Source: Dendrobates tinctorius (taxonomy: Eukaryota). Taken from it: a stretch of DNA of 64,000 nt. Below are positions 35,480 through 48,199 of the stretch, in pieces. How positions within the stretch are numbered: position 1 is the stretch's first letter; every line of letters starts with the position of its first letter. The translations under genes and the position numbers were made by a program. The notes under the pieces are model-generated. The model was not told where the DNA came from and did not search any database. It saw nothing but the letters and a program-made list of their open reading frames with translations. The stretch lies in NCBI RefSeq assembly GCF_039654945.1, contig NW_027361690.1:63302001-63366000 (forward strand). The letters are read 5' to 3'.

Positions 35480-38440
35480 GGCGGGAATTATATCGAAGGA
35501 GTTGGCGACTGCTTTAATTGTATCTGAGCAAACTATCCCGACCTTTTATTTATTACCGAAAATTCATAAGGATGCACAGGCGCCACCCGGTCGCCCTATC
35601 ATCTCAGGAAAGATACTATCTGGAGCATGTGAATCGGTGGATAGACGCTAAGTTACAACCATTAGTGGAGGGGTTGCCATCTTTCTTGAAAGATACAGGA
35701 GAATAGTTGAGGTGAGTGGATGGACTACAATTGGAAGACGATATGATGCTGGTGACAGGGACTTTGAGTCCCTGTATACCAGCATCAGACATGAGGATGG
35801 CCTTCAAGCTATGACATTCTCTCTCAGTATGTCTAATTTACCTGATAACATTAGGGAGTTAATTATTGAGTTATTAAGCTTCACGCTTACTCAGCTTCTT
35901 TGTCTTCAAGAGGTCTTTCTTCCTGCAGCTCCAGGGAACAGCTATGGGGCCATCCTTCACACCTGCTTATGCTAACCTGTTCATGGGGCTGTGGGAGAGA
36001 GACCTCTCCCTGCCGGATCAGTTGTCACCGATGTGCCGCATCCTATCTTGAACGCAGTACATCGACGACATTTTGCTGGCCTGGCAGGGGTCTAGGGACT
36101 GCTTTCATGCCTTTATGTCATCTCTGAATAGTAACCTTTCAAAACATTTGTATTACTTATAAATGTGATTCAGAGACTATCGAATTTTTGGATGTGGTAC
36201 TGAAAAAGGATCATAGGGGTGTAATACAGACAGACATCTTCCGGAAGCCAACATCTACCAATATGTTATTGCCTGCGACCTCCTCCCACTCGGGTCACAT
36301 GATCCAGTCTGTCCCCACTGGACAATTTCTGCGATTGCGCAGATTATGTTCAACTGACGAGGATTTCTTCAGACAAGCAGAGGACCTAAAAGAGAGGTTG
36401 CTAGAATGCGGTTTCAGTAACTGCATGATTAAGAAGGCATTTAATAGGGCCAAATATTCGTCAAGGAATATACTCCTGTATGGGACAAGGCTAAATAAGG
36501 ATTTGAGTATTGTAAGGTTTGTTACAAATTTCCATTCACAGTTTCCTTATATGAGAAAGATTCTTGATAAGTCATGGCATATACTCAAGGCAGACCCGGT
36601 GGTCTCCAAGTTCCTTCCTGAGAGGGCCGCTATTGCAGCCAGAAGGTCAGGAAATTTACGGGACTGATTGGTCTGTAGTCATTATACTGGGGAGCCAGTC
36701 ACTACCTTTCTAGACCAAGTGGTGGGGCATTACGGAAGCTCCTAGTGTGGCTGTTGTGTTGCCTGTCCTAACATCAATCGTATTGATACCTTTGTAAATC
36801 ACGATGGCTCTTGCGAATTTAAAATCAAGAAACGTATCACATGTACTAGCAAGAATGTGATATATTATGCTGTTTACCCATGTAATATGATACATGTGGG
36901 CATGACAACTAGACAGCTAAAAATATTTGTTCAAGAGCACGTACTTTGCATTGAGGCAGCAGTGGCCATCGAGGATGTACGACTATTGAAAACTATCCCC
37001 CGCCACTTTAAAAGATATCATGGCTGTGATGGCGGCCTTCTCAAGGTCAGGGGCATTGACATGCTAGATGTGGGTATCCGTGGTGGTGGGTTCTCCAGGA
37101 GGTTAGGCCAGCTTGAGTCCAGGTGGATATGGACACTTGGAACAGGCCATCCATCTGGACTCAGTGAGAATATTAATTTTGCCCCATTCTTGTAGTCACT
37201 GTTCTGTATTATAGATGGCACCTATGCTGTGTGTGTTCTCACTTTTAATTGATTTTAATTAAGTTTTTTTTAGCTTTTTCGCTTATTCCTTGCCCTTGTG
37301 TGGTGATGGATGGAGGAACGTGGACTTATCTTTGTCCAGCAACTGGTCGTTTCCTGATGTGAAGAAGCAGTGAAGCTAATTATTATATATATTATTGCAT
37401 AGCGTTTATTTTTGTGAATATATGACATTGTGTATAAAATTTATAACATTTTTATGCATATATGTACTATCATTCTTGGCAGTGTTTCGTTACGTATTGG
37501 ATTATTCCTTCTATAATATGTCCTGTTTCCACTATGCGATCACCATAGATGTTTTTAACATTGTTGTATGTTTGTATATTGTAATTCCTATGTAGCAGGT
37601 TAGCACTCCCGTCCTGTACGCGCATGTTTTCTCTCCACAGCTATTCCTGCCTGCTTTCGGCATCTCATCGCGATGGTGGAGTCTGCCCCGGCTCCTCCCA
37701 TTGTGCCGCTACTCCTGCCCCCTTTTGGCATCTCGTCACTGTGGTGGGGTCCGCCCCGGCACCTCCCATTGTGTCGACGCTGGTCGGTGTCGCGGTTGAC
37801 TTGTCAACAGTGCGCGTCACTTCCGGGCCGGGACTGCTACTTCCGGTAGCGCGGTTTGCCACGCTGTGACCGGGAGATATAAAAGATGGATACTTACCAG
37901 TTTGAGCAGGCCCCTGGAGAAAGGAAGGTCCGAAACGTGCATCGGGGCGGACACGCCTATTAAGGGCATTGGTATCGCCTCTTACTGCTGACACCCACCG
38001 GTAAATATTATATTCTATTGGGCATTGTTCCCTATTATGGTGGGCGCTATGTTGAACATGGGAAGTTGGTAGTTAGGTGGCGCTGTTATCTTCATGCATA
38101 TGCTGCATTAACGAATATTAATAGAAATTGTGGGTAATATCCCTTGTTATTGTAAGCTATTTGAGGCTGTGTATGTAATGGTTTAATTATCTGCTGTTAT
38201 ATCTCTTTATACATCAAATTTGTAGGCAGAGCTTAGGTGATGTAATTATACTCCATGCCTGGATGGGTGCGTCGTCATGTGTGTGTATGTGAACATTCGC
38301 TAGTGAGTGTGTTTGTCTATTCCCGTTTGTTCCCAATATTGGTGTTATGTAATTTTTATAAAAGTATTTTTCATAATAAAATTTGATATTCATTATTTAA
38401 TACATTGTCCTTTTAATCATCGTTTTTTGATTTGATTCTA
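35480..38440 (+). mobile_element. Penelope-like element (Neptune type): RT plus GIY-YIG pseudogene and 3' pseudo-LTR
   Basis: GTAMGPSFTPAYANLFMG (~35935), YIDD (~36058), Cys cluster (~36745), IYYAV..HVGMTTR..VQEH (36857-37195), terminal HHR. Confidence 0.9.
37910..37948 (+). ncRNA. Degenerate hammerhead ribozyme in Penelope pseudo-LTR
   Basis: GCCCC-UGGAGAA-A-GGA AGG UCC-GAAAC GUGC AUC-GGGGC. Confidence 0.65.
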
Positions 38441-38506
38441 GGTTGGGGAGTTACGTAGAATGGCTAATAGCAAGCAAAGGTAGCAAAGCTGTGTTTGGTC
38501 TCAACA

Positions 38507-39585
38507 CGTAGCAGGGGCCTGGTCGCCTCCCAAGGACCATCCATTAAGGAGTTATTATGACCCTGGGTTGCCCTCCCAGGGCTGTGGGATACTCGGTACC
38601 GGGCCGGTATCAGTGGGATGTGTCACAGCAGCAGTGACCCGGACCGTGGCCCTGGGCGCCCAAGTAATAGGAAAATGTGAATGGTGGAATGTAGTTAGAT
38701 GAATAGTTTGTGACGCCACCTGTGGTGTTCGGCAAGGGAGGTGTTAAGCCGACGCTGCATGTAGATCAGCTGGTACTGATGGTATGGTGCAGCAAAGATG
38801 TAAAAGCTCCCCACAGGTGAAGCTGTAGTCCCAGGGCTGTGTAGATGTGGTTGGCACGGGGATGTAGCGGTGCCGGAAAGGTAGGAAGCAGACAAGACAC
38901 AGCGGGGTGCAATTTCTGTACCTTTACTTGATAAATGCAGTCCAGGGTCCTGATTACAGATGGTACCGGAGCAGGCTAGCCTGGAGGCAACTCAGGAATT
39001 CTCTCTTAGCAGATGGGCTGTGCAGTCTCCTTCCTAGTGCTTATTTGAGGGATCTCCAGTACTGAGTTACACTGGAGTTCCTCCTGTCAGATGTTCCCAA
39101 GAACTCTACTTGCACGGCAGACAACTGTAGCCTGTTCCAGGGACTCCTCACTCCTAAGTCCCTGCTCACTATCCGTGTTGCTGTTGTGCACTCAAGTCTT
39201 AGATGGGAGTATTGCATTTACAGCCTTCTACTCCTCTGGTGTCTGCTGTAGGACCATCAGTGTCCATACAGCTGTGGAGACCAGGCTCCAGTTCATGCGC
39301 TCTTACGGGAGGTGAGCTCTTCCTCTCAGCTCTATCTCAGCGCTCCTTCCACATGTCTGCACACTTCACCCTCCGCAAACTAACTCCCCACTCCTTCCTC
39401 TTGGCTCTCAGAGCACTCCTCCCCTTTATTTCGGTTCAGAGTCCCCCTTGCTGGCCTGGAGTGGAACTGTGTTGCATGCATAGATTGACTGTGAGAGAGA
39501 CCCGTCATTGCCTCCAAGCCTGGCATTACCCTCCCTGGAGGAAGGCAAAGCCACTGTGGCGGCCATACTCCTGGGGGGCGCCACA
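38507..39585 (-). mobile_element. Solo LTR, family of 10143-11455
   Basis: Minus start tgtggcgcccc; shares ccttgccgaacaccacaggtggcgtcac. No TSD seen. Confidence 0.7.
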
Positions 39586-39659
39586 ACCTATCTTAGGTAT
39601 TGGAGTGTTTAGTTGCTAAAGGCAAAGGGAGGGGATTTAGGTTCATCCCAGGGTGGCAG

Positions 39660-40436
39660 GAAAGGAGTGACCCAGAGGGGTTAAATGTTAGTGTAAAGCA
39701 TGGCCCATTGCTTTTTCTCTGGGGACATCACAAAGACACATTTTGTGGGAAGAAGTCAAGGAACAACGGGGACCAGCAGCTTCCCATGTGGCAGCCTCTC
39801 CCCCGCAAGCCAGTCCTTTCAACTCAATGGAAACTTACTCTGATGTTCTGCATACTTTTTCCTACTGCAATTGTATTTGCATATCTGACCAGTGTATATG
39901 CATAACCATTGTGGATATAGTGTTTTGTCTAGTGTGATCTTAAGGTGATTAAATAAATAACTTAACCTTGGTTTGCTCTTTTATATCAGTCTACAAATCC
40001 TAGCGTCAATGATCTCGACTTATCTTTCCATGCTACCGGGGCAAGTTTTTGGCCCGATATAATCCTGTTAATGATCCGGGCTCTTAGGCTCTTATCTAAC
40101 GAGGAACTGGTGGCAGCCCTACCAGGCTGACCAGGCACTGTTTCACTTCTGCTAACGGCAGAGACCTCTTAGTCTGTCAGGATTGTGAGCGAGTGTGGTG
40201 CCACGTCAGTGACTGCGTGGGCCACATTCTCTCACTCCCCGAGCCTTCCTGGGACCGTGTGGACAGGGGGTGCCTGAGGAAACTGTGTCAAGCAGACTTT
40301 ATTTGTACCCTGGGGGTGCGGAATTTCATGTTGGTGCAAGTGAGGTGATTATACTACGTGATCCCTCAGATCTAATAGTGACATCAGGTGGGTTGGCAAA
40401 TTGCAGGTTCTTCACATATGGTGGCAGTGTTGGGAT
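39660..40436 (+). mobile_element. LTR 3' part plus tRNA-Leu primer-binding site
   Basis: AATAAA at ~39951; ...ttcaCA at 40416 followed by tggtggcagtgttgggat (16/18 match to the complement of the tRNA-Leu 3' end). Start approximate. Confidence 0.55.
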
Positions 40437-41840
40437 TCTCTGTGATCTCTATCGTGCCATCCTTCACACTGTTTTTAGCGACAGCAGGCATAGGCTCATG
40501 TAAGTAGTACTCTCATCAACCGACACTTGTGACTGGAGTTAAACTTTTTACTGCTGGTCACAGCTGCTGGCTCACACTGTCTTCTGACAGTGTGGGAATC
40601 GCAGCTCTTTGACCTGCGGTAGTGATCTTACCACAGATCAGAGCCCATGTTTACTACGCTGTCATGCACCTGACAGTGTGGCAAACAAATGTTCTGACCC
40701 CCCCCATTCAACTGAATGGGTTCCGGGTTTGGGTTTAGGTACCATTCTAGTACCAGAACCAAACTTTTTTCGATGAAGCCACTGGACCTGAACATCCACG
40801 GGTTAGCCCATCACTATTATTGATTTGCAAAAGTAGTGCGATAATCACACCAGGACTGAAAAATTATTGGCCAATACTTGGCATGGCTGTGATGGCTCTG
40901 GAAGTGCCAAGAGTCTAAAAGCTTGGTGATTGGCTATGCTGTAGCATTTCAACAAGTTTTATTAGACTGGAGAACCTGAACAGGAAACCAGACATACAGT
41001 AAATGTTCAGTACCGAACACTAGGTGTCCGGTAGGAACCCCAAACTTTCCGGTTTGGGTTCACTCATCCCTAGTCAGCAGGGCTCTTCTACCCCTCTACC
41101 TCTAGTATTTTCCAAGCAATTCAATTATATGTGAATATCTGTTCTGGTCTAAAATTCTAAGTAATATTTATATGTCATTAAATAGATACACCAAAAAAAA
41201 AAAAAAATCCTCTAAAATATGAATTAAAAGCTAAATATTTAAAATAATCTAGATAGACAAAAAACAACATAACATCTCCCACAGGCCCTCCAAAAAATTG
41301 AAAAATAGAGGGATGTCTTGATAGTTTATTTAGCAGGGACTTAGGTCAGAAAAAATGCTATAGTGTGGATCTAATAAACCTACACTTACCCTAATGGGTC
41401 CTTTGAATCTGTCTCCCTGCCTAACTGTGGAGGTTGGCACCTTAAAATTCTACATGGCGCCTCCGTTTAATGTCGGCAGTAGCTACAAATCCCTGCTTGC
41501 CCCTATTATAGAGCTATATAAATTATTCTACCTGCATCCAGTACACAATATGTCTGATAACATGGGGGGAGCTATATCTTGTAATTGATGATATTCTATC
41601 AGATTTTTGCACATATCTGTTGAACCAGTTTTAGGGTTCATATATTGATAAACATCAAATATAGTTCTTGGAAGTGTTCCCTCAAAACTTGCTTCATTGC
41701 ATCTATAGGCACTATACAGTAAAGTGCACATGTGCTAGAGGTAGATATAGTTATATTCATATAGCATCTAGGGTGAAAATGCATAAAAAAGAAACCCATC
41801 AAAGCAAACAGGAATTTCCTGAATAGAGTCATTTCTCTTA

Positions 41841-42355
41841 GGCTACTTTCACACATCAGTTTTTTGCCGTCAGGCATGATCCGGCTTTTTTTAGAAAAAA
41901 CGGATCCGGCATAAATTTTGGAGAACTGTAGAAACGGATCCGTTTTTTTGCTGGATCCGTCTCTGTTCCTGGAGGCTGGCCAATTGGATCTGAGCATGCG
42001 CAGACTTAAAAAAACCGGATCCGGTTGCTGGATCCGTCTTTTTCTGGATCCGGCGCATTCCGGCGCCCATAGACTTTCATTGTAGCAAAAAGCTGGAAGC
42101 GCCGGATCCGGCGCTTCCGGCTTTTTCGCCGGAGACAAAAAACGTTACAGTAGACGTTTTTTCAAGACGCCGGAATGAGACAAGTTGCCGGATCCGGCAA
42201 AAAACGGATGAAACGCAATGCCATCCGGCACGATCCGGCGCTAATGCAAGTCAATGGGGAAAAACCGGATCCGGCATTGCATTTTGCCGGATCCGTTTTT
42301 TCCAAAAAAATCCGGATCGCGCCTGAAGGCAAAAAACTGATGTGTGAAAGAGGCC
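41841..42355. mobile_element. PIF/Harbinger MITE
   Basis: Long TIRs ggctactttcacacatcagttttttgcc / ggcaaaaaactgatgtgtgaaagaggcc, TTA TSD, many ccggatccgg palindromes. Confidence 0.9.
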
Positions 42356-42768
42356 TTAGACAAAAAAAGAGCATTTTATGGGTAAACATCATAAGTCACA
42401 TGTCTGCTTAGTTGTTCCTTGTTAAGAATGTCACTTCTCTCATTCATATACAAGATGCAAATGCATAAGAGAAATCAATCAGTTAGGAATTTCCTGAATA
42501 AAGTCTTATTACTCATAGACAAAAAATATCATTCTATGGGTCAGCATCATGATAAATCACATGACTGAAAGTCTAGGATGGAGCGCATCCGGAAACATGC
42601 CAGACACCAGATACTATGGACTTTTGGGCGCTAAAAGACAGCGAATTAAACTCAAGACAGCTGTTTCTGACTACTCCCCTTCTCTAAACCGGAAACGGTA
42701 ACTACGGTAGTTAGGTTTTCCGTAGTCCACATTCAAGCATCTACTACTGTGACATACTCTTATATTGT

Positions 42769-42816
42769 GTCCCATGATGAGCCCCGTTAATGGGAGGGGG
42801 CAAAACGTGTAGGGAC
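42769..42816 (+). ncRNA. Degenerate hammerhead ribozyme
   Basis: GUCCC-AUGAUGA-GCCCC...GGGGC-AAAAC GU GUA-GGGAC. C3 and G12 are mutated. Confidence 0.6.
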
Positions 42817-43459
42817 GAGGGATAACCTAACTGGGAAAAATCTACTAGATAAGTGATTTATCATGATGCTGACCCATAGAATGCTCTTTTTTTGTCTATG
42901 AGTAATAAGACTTTATTCAGGAAATTCCTAACTGATTGATTTCTTCTATGCATTTGCATCTTATATATGAACTAGCTGAAGAGCCCGGCGTTGCCTGAGC
43001 ATAGTAACCAACTGTGTATAGTTATGACAAATTATAATGATTATATTGCACATAAAGACATTTCACATCAAATATTCAACACTACAGATTTGCAACACAA
43101 ACTAACTAAACGATTACCCAAGTATTGATAGTATTTTATTTTCAACTCATTCAAGAGCCTTTTGATAAACAACATGTTTGGTTTTTCATTTCGGTGCAAA
43201 GATGAACAGATTTTTGGCAGTTCCAACTCTTGAACAGATCACGTAAATTTGACCATGAGAAAAGCATGGAGATTGCAAATCGATCCCTACTACTTAAATC
43301 GATCCCTACTACTTTCAAGGACTGTCCTTGAGCATTGTTAATGGACATTGCAAATAGCAGTTGAATTGGAAACTGGAGGCGTTTAAAATCAAAAAACAAA
43401 TCAAATGGAATGAGTGGAATTCTTGGAATGAAAATGTCCTCTCCTTTGGCACATCCTGT

Positions 43460-45295
43460 TTCTGAGCTGTGTATCTAACCCTATCCTTTGTGATAAAGTC
43501 TGCTGAGCTGTGTACCTAATCCTCTCCTGTGTGATACTTTCTGCTGAGCTGTGTATTTAATCCTATAGTATTACTGACTGCTCAGCCGTGTATCTAATCC
43601 TCTCCTGTGTGATACTGACTGCTGAGCTGTGTATCTAATCCTATCCTGTATGATTCTGACTACTGAGCAGTGTATCTAATCCTATCCTGTGGATACTATT
43701 GAGGAGAAATAGCGCAATACTGCATTATCCAGTGTAGGTATATCAATTTAAAAATAGTACACTTACCAGATGAAGCTTGTAATAAGCATGGAGGATTCGC
43801 TGATGCAGGAACCACAGATCCACGAGGGACCGACATAGAAGATGCAGGATAGGAAAAAAGTGATCAGACAATCCGCGCTGCGAATCACTATAAACAATTA
43901 TTATTACAGTGGTCTTTATTCGACACGTTTCAAAGTTTCACAGAACTTCTTCCTCAGGAAGGAGGTCCTCAGGAGTTTTTCCTGAGGAAGGAGTTCTGTG
44001 AAACTTCGAAACGCGTCGAATAAAGACCACTAATAATAATTGTTTATAGTGATTCGTAACACGGATTGTCTGACCACTTTTTTCCTATCTTGCATAATCC
44101 TATCCTGTGTGATACCATCTGCTGAGTCGTGTATCTAACCCTATCCTGTGTGATACTGACTGCTGAGCCGTGTATCTAATCCTATACTGTGTGATACTGA
44201 CTGCTGAACCGTGTATTTAATCCTATCCTGTGTGATACTGTCTGCTGAGCTGTGTATCTAATCCTATACTGTGTGATACCGTCTGCTGAGCCATATATCT
44301 AACCCTATCCTGTGTGATACTGTGTGCTGAGCTGTGTATCTAATCTTATCCTGTGTGATACTGTCTGCTGAGCCATGTATCTATTCCTACCCTGTGTGAT
44401 ACTGACTGCTGAGCTGTGTATCTAATCCTATCCTGTGTGATACTGACTGCTGAGCCGTGTATCTAATCCTATCCTGTGTGATACCATCTGCTGAGCCATG
44501 TATCTAACCCTATCCTGTGTGATACTGACTGCTGAGCCGTGTATCTAATCCTATCCTGTGTGATACTGTCTGCTGAGCTGTGTATCTTATCCTATACTGT
44601 GTGATACCGTCTGCTGAGCCATATATCTAACCCTATCCTGTGTGATACTGACTGCTGAGCCGTGTATCTAACCCTATCCTGTGGGATACTGTGTGCTGAG
44701 CTGTGTATCTAATCCTATCCTGTGTGATACTGTCTGCTGAGCCATGTATCTATTCCAACCCTGTGTGATACTGACTGCTGAGCTGTGTATCTAATCCTAT
44801 CCTGTGTGATACTGACTGCTGAGCTGTGTATCTAATCCTATCCTGTGTGATACCATCTGCTGAGCCGCGTATCTAACCCTATCCTGTGTGATACTGACTG
44901 CTGAGCTGTGTATCTAACCCTATCCTGTGTGATACTGCGTGCTGAGCTGTGTATCTAATCTTATCCTGTGTGATACTGTCTGCTGAGCCATGTATCTATT
45001 CCTATCCTGTGTGATAATGACTGCTGAGCTGCGTATCTAATCCTATCCTGTGTGATACTGTCTGCTCAGCCGTGTATCTAATCCTATCCTGCTTGATACC
45101 GTCCGCTGAGCCATGGATCTATTCCTATCCTGTGTGATACTGACTGCTGAGCTGTGTATCTAATCCTATCCTGTGTGATACTGACTGCTGAGCCATGTGT
45201 CTAATCCTCTCTTGTGTGATACTAACTGCTGAGCTGTGTATCTAATCCTGTGTGATACTGACTGCTGAGCTGTGTATCTAATCCTATCCTTTTTG
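43460..45295. repeat. 41-bp minisatellite within the Helitron
   Basis: Unit tgctgagctgtgtatctaatcctatcctgtgtgatactg(t/a)c; interrupted at 43698-44095. Confidence 0.95.
43979..44020 (+). ncRNA. Minimal hammerhead ribozyme with a mirror copy on minus at 43919-43960
   Basis: UUC-CUGAGGA-A-GGAGUU CUGUGA AACUUC-GAAAC GC GUC|GAA. Predicted cleavage after 44017. Confidence 0.8.
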
Positions 45296-48199
45296 ATGCT
45301 GGGCTCCCCCTGCATTCTGTGTCAGAGGGTGGTCTATGTTGGCACGGTAATAAATTGTGTTATTTCCAGCTTTACAGAAGGACGATAATTCCATAGAAAT
45401 GATAAGAATAATAGGCCTCAGTTACCACAACTGTCTACAAAGAAAACTGTTGCTGATAGCAACCAATCACAGCTCATTTTTCATCTTTTAAACAGCTCTG
45501 GGACAGCATGGCGAGTTTTGAGTGGCGACTTTTGTGTTTCAACTTTTATGCGGCGACTTTGGTGTATGTGTGGTGAAATGTGTGCTGAGGGTGGTATATG
45601 TGTTGAAGCACGCGGTAGTGTGTGGCGCATTGTGTGTGTGTGTTCATATCCCCGTGTGTGGTGAGTATCCCATGTCAGGGCCCCACCTTAGCAACTGTAT
45701 GGTTTATACTCTTTGGCGCCATCGCTCTCATTCTTTAAGTCCCCCTTGTTCACATCTGGCAGCTATCAATTTGCCTCCAACACTTTTCCTTTCACTTTTC
45801 CCCATTATGTAGATAGGGGCAAAATTGTTTGGTGAATTGGAACCCGCAGTTAAAATTTCGCCTCACAACATAGCCTATGATGCTCTCGTGGTCCAGACGT
45901 GTGACTGTGCAAAATTTTGTGGCTGTAGCTACGACGGTGCAGATGCCAATCCCGGACATACACACATACATACATACACTTTTTCCCCCATTATGTAGAT
46001 AGGGGCAAAATTGTTTGGTGAATTGGAACGCATGGGCTTAAAATTTCGCCTCACAACATAGCCTATGATGCTCTTGGGGTCCAGACGTGTGACTGTGCAA
46101 AATTTTGTGGCTGTAGCTGCGACGGTGCGGATGCCAATCCCGGACATACACACATGCATACACACATACACACACACACACTTTGAGCTTTATATATTAG
46201 ATGAGAGAAGGGACAGCCTTAACTAGGAACAACTAGGACAAGTGACTTATTATGATGTTTACCCATAAAATGCTCTTTTTTGTCTAAGAGAAATGATGAG
46301 ACTCTATTCAGGGGTTTCCTGTTTGCTTTGATGGGTTTCTTTCTATGCATTTTCACCTTAGATGCTATATAGCTTCCCCCCATGTTATCAGACATATTGT
46401 GTACTGGATGCATGTAGAATTATTTATATAGCTCTATAATAGGGGCAAGCAGGGATTTGTTGGGACTGCTGACGTTGAGCAGGGGTGCCATATCAAATTT
46501 TAGGGTGCCAACCTCCGCAGTTAGGCAGGGAGACAGATTCAAGGGACCCACTAGGGTCAGTGCAGGTTTATTATATCCACACTATAGCAATTTTTCCACC
46601 CTAAGTCCCTGCTAAATAAACTATCAAGACATCCCCCTATTTATCAATTTTTTGGAGGGCTTGTGGGAGATGTTATGTCGTTGTTTGTCTATCTAGCTTA
46701 TTTTTAATATATTAATTAAAAGTTAAATTTTAGCGTTTTTTTTTTTTTTTAAATGTATCTTCCAAAAAGGTTTTTGGTTTTCCATATGTCATTAAATAGG
46801 ACCTAAAACCAGATCAAAAGTGGTCAGTTTATCTGATTCCCGCTGTTCCCTTGAGTATAATGATTTTGTTTGTTTTTTGTTTGGGTTTTGTTTTTTTAAA
46901 TCTGCTATATCATTCCAGAGATTTTGACCTTTTCATTTAGTGCTAGTTTTTACCAAGGGGGCATTGCTCACATGTTAATTATGCAGAGAAGCATAAATGT
47001 ACGTCTACAAATAATTATGCGAGCATAAGTAGTCTTGGAAAAGACCATAAACATTAACACTAAAGAAAATGGCCCAAATCTCTGGAACTGTATGACAGAT
47101 AAGAAAACAAATAACAGATTGTTCAGGAATAAAACAAAAGTGAAAACTAACTAAATTTGACCTGAAGACAGGTCAGTAGAAAGAGAACTGCACTTCAGCT
47201 ATAACCCAAAATTCTGTAGGGTAAAATGAGCCTCTAATATTTAACTAAATTTATGATACACTAGGCAATATTACAGAACATAAAAGAATCCTTGACATTA
47301 CTTACACATCAGCATCGGATTTCCTCTGTGGGTTAGAATATTCCCATAGATATTTCCTGAGATTCGTCTTGCGTTAAAAAAGGAACATCAGCATTATGAT
47401 AAGTGAGAGCTGGAGGGAAAACTTTGTAAGTTGTTCTTTCATAGGAAATAAAAAGTAGAAATAGTGTGTACCTAGATTTGTTCAGGATATTAGTATTCCT
47501 ATCTCTTCAGCATGCTCCAGTTCCATTTTAAGACATAAATTGTAATACAACATGTAAACTACCTGCACATTTATGTGTAGGATCATACTAACAAAAAAAA
47601 GACTAAATATTTCACAAGCTTGGGGCCTAATTCATTATTGCTTTTGTGTCTTTTTTTTCCCTCTTCTTTTGTTTATTTTTATGTTTTTCATTGTGCTTTA
47701 TTCTTTTTTTTTATCAGAACTTGACATTTTCACTGATACCATTTTTTTTACCTGCAAATTTTTCTTCACTGTATTCCAATTTTTTGAGTGTCAGTATGAT
47801 TAAAAGAACTAAGTTTGTAATTTAATTTATTTTATTGTATGGTGTTCGAAGTACACACTACATAAGAGTTTTATACTTCCGGATGCTATTGATATGGCTA
47901 CCCTAATTATGTCTGTTTTTTGTTAAATTATATATTTAGTTAAATATTTAATTTTTAGTGGCAAAACAGTTTATGTTATTTTTTTTTCTTGCTTTTTGTG
48001 TGTTGTTTTTTAAAATGTCATATTGTTTCCTTTTTTTTTTTTTAAGTTTTTACTTAATCCCACTAAAAGACATGAATATGTTTTACTTTAGGGCTGACAC
48101 TCATCAGCATAAATAAAATCAGCTCCGTGTTGTACCTGAAAAGTCGGATAAGAGTCATGTGAGTGTTATGCGAGTGTCATACAAGTCATACTAGAATCA

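Larger units (their letters stand above)
42972..46201 (-). mobile_element. Non-autonomous Helitron with both ends
   Basis: Minus strand starts TC (46201) and ends hairpin plus CTAG (42972), inserted between A and T with no TSD. Helicase remnant 43151-43460 matches 12030-12300. ~184-bp tandem duplication at 45793-46160. Confidence 0.9.
41186..46783. mobile_element. Fold-back insert (inverted pseudo-LTR arms, HHR core) with nested MITE and Helitron
   Basis: 16-bp direct repeat ATATGTCATTAAATAG at 41170-85 and 46784-99. Left arm 41186-42560 is the inverse of 42852-42971 plus 46202-46760. Confidence 0.75.

Noticed and set aside
43460-45295. CRISPR-like regular array
   Set aside because: Head-to-tail 41-bp units with no unique spacers and no cas genes, in eukaryotic DNA.
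47306-47409. Possible minus-strand host exon (ccag acceptor, gtaagt donor)
   Set aside because: Stops in all three frames from the best acceptor; the shorter alternative gives no recognisable peptide.
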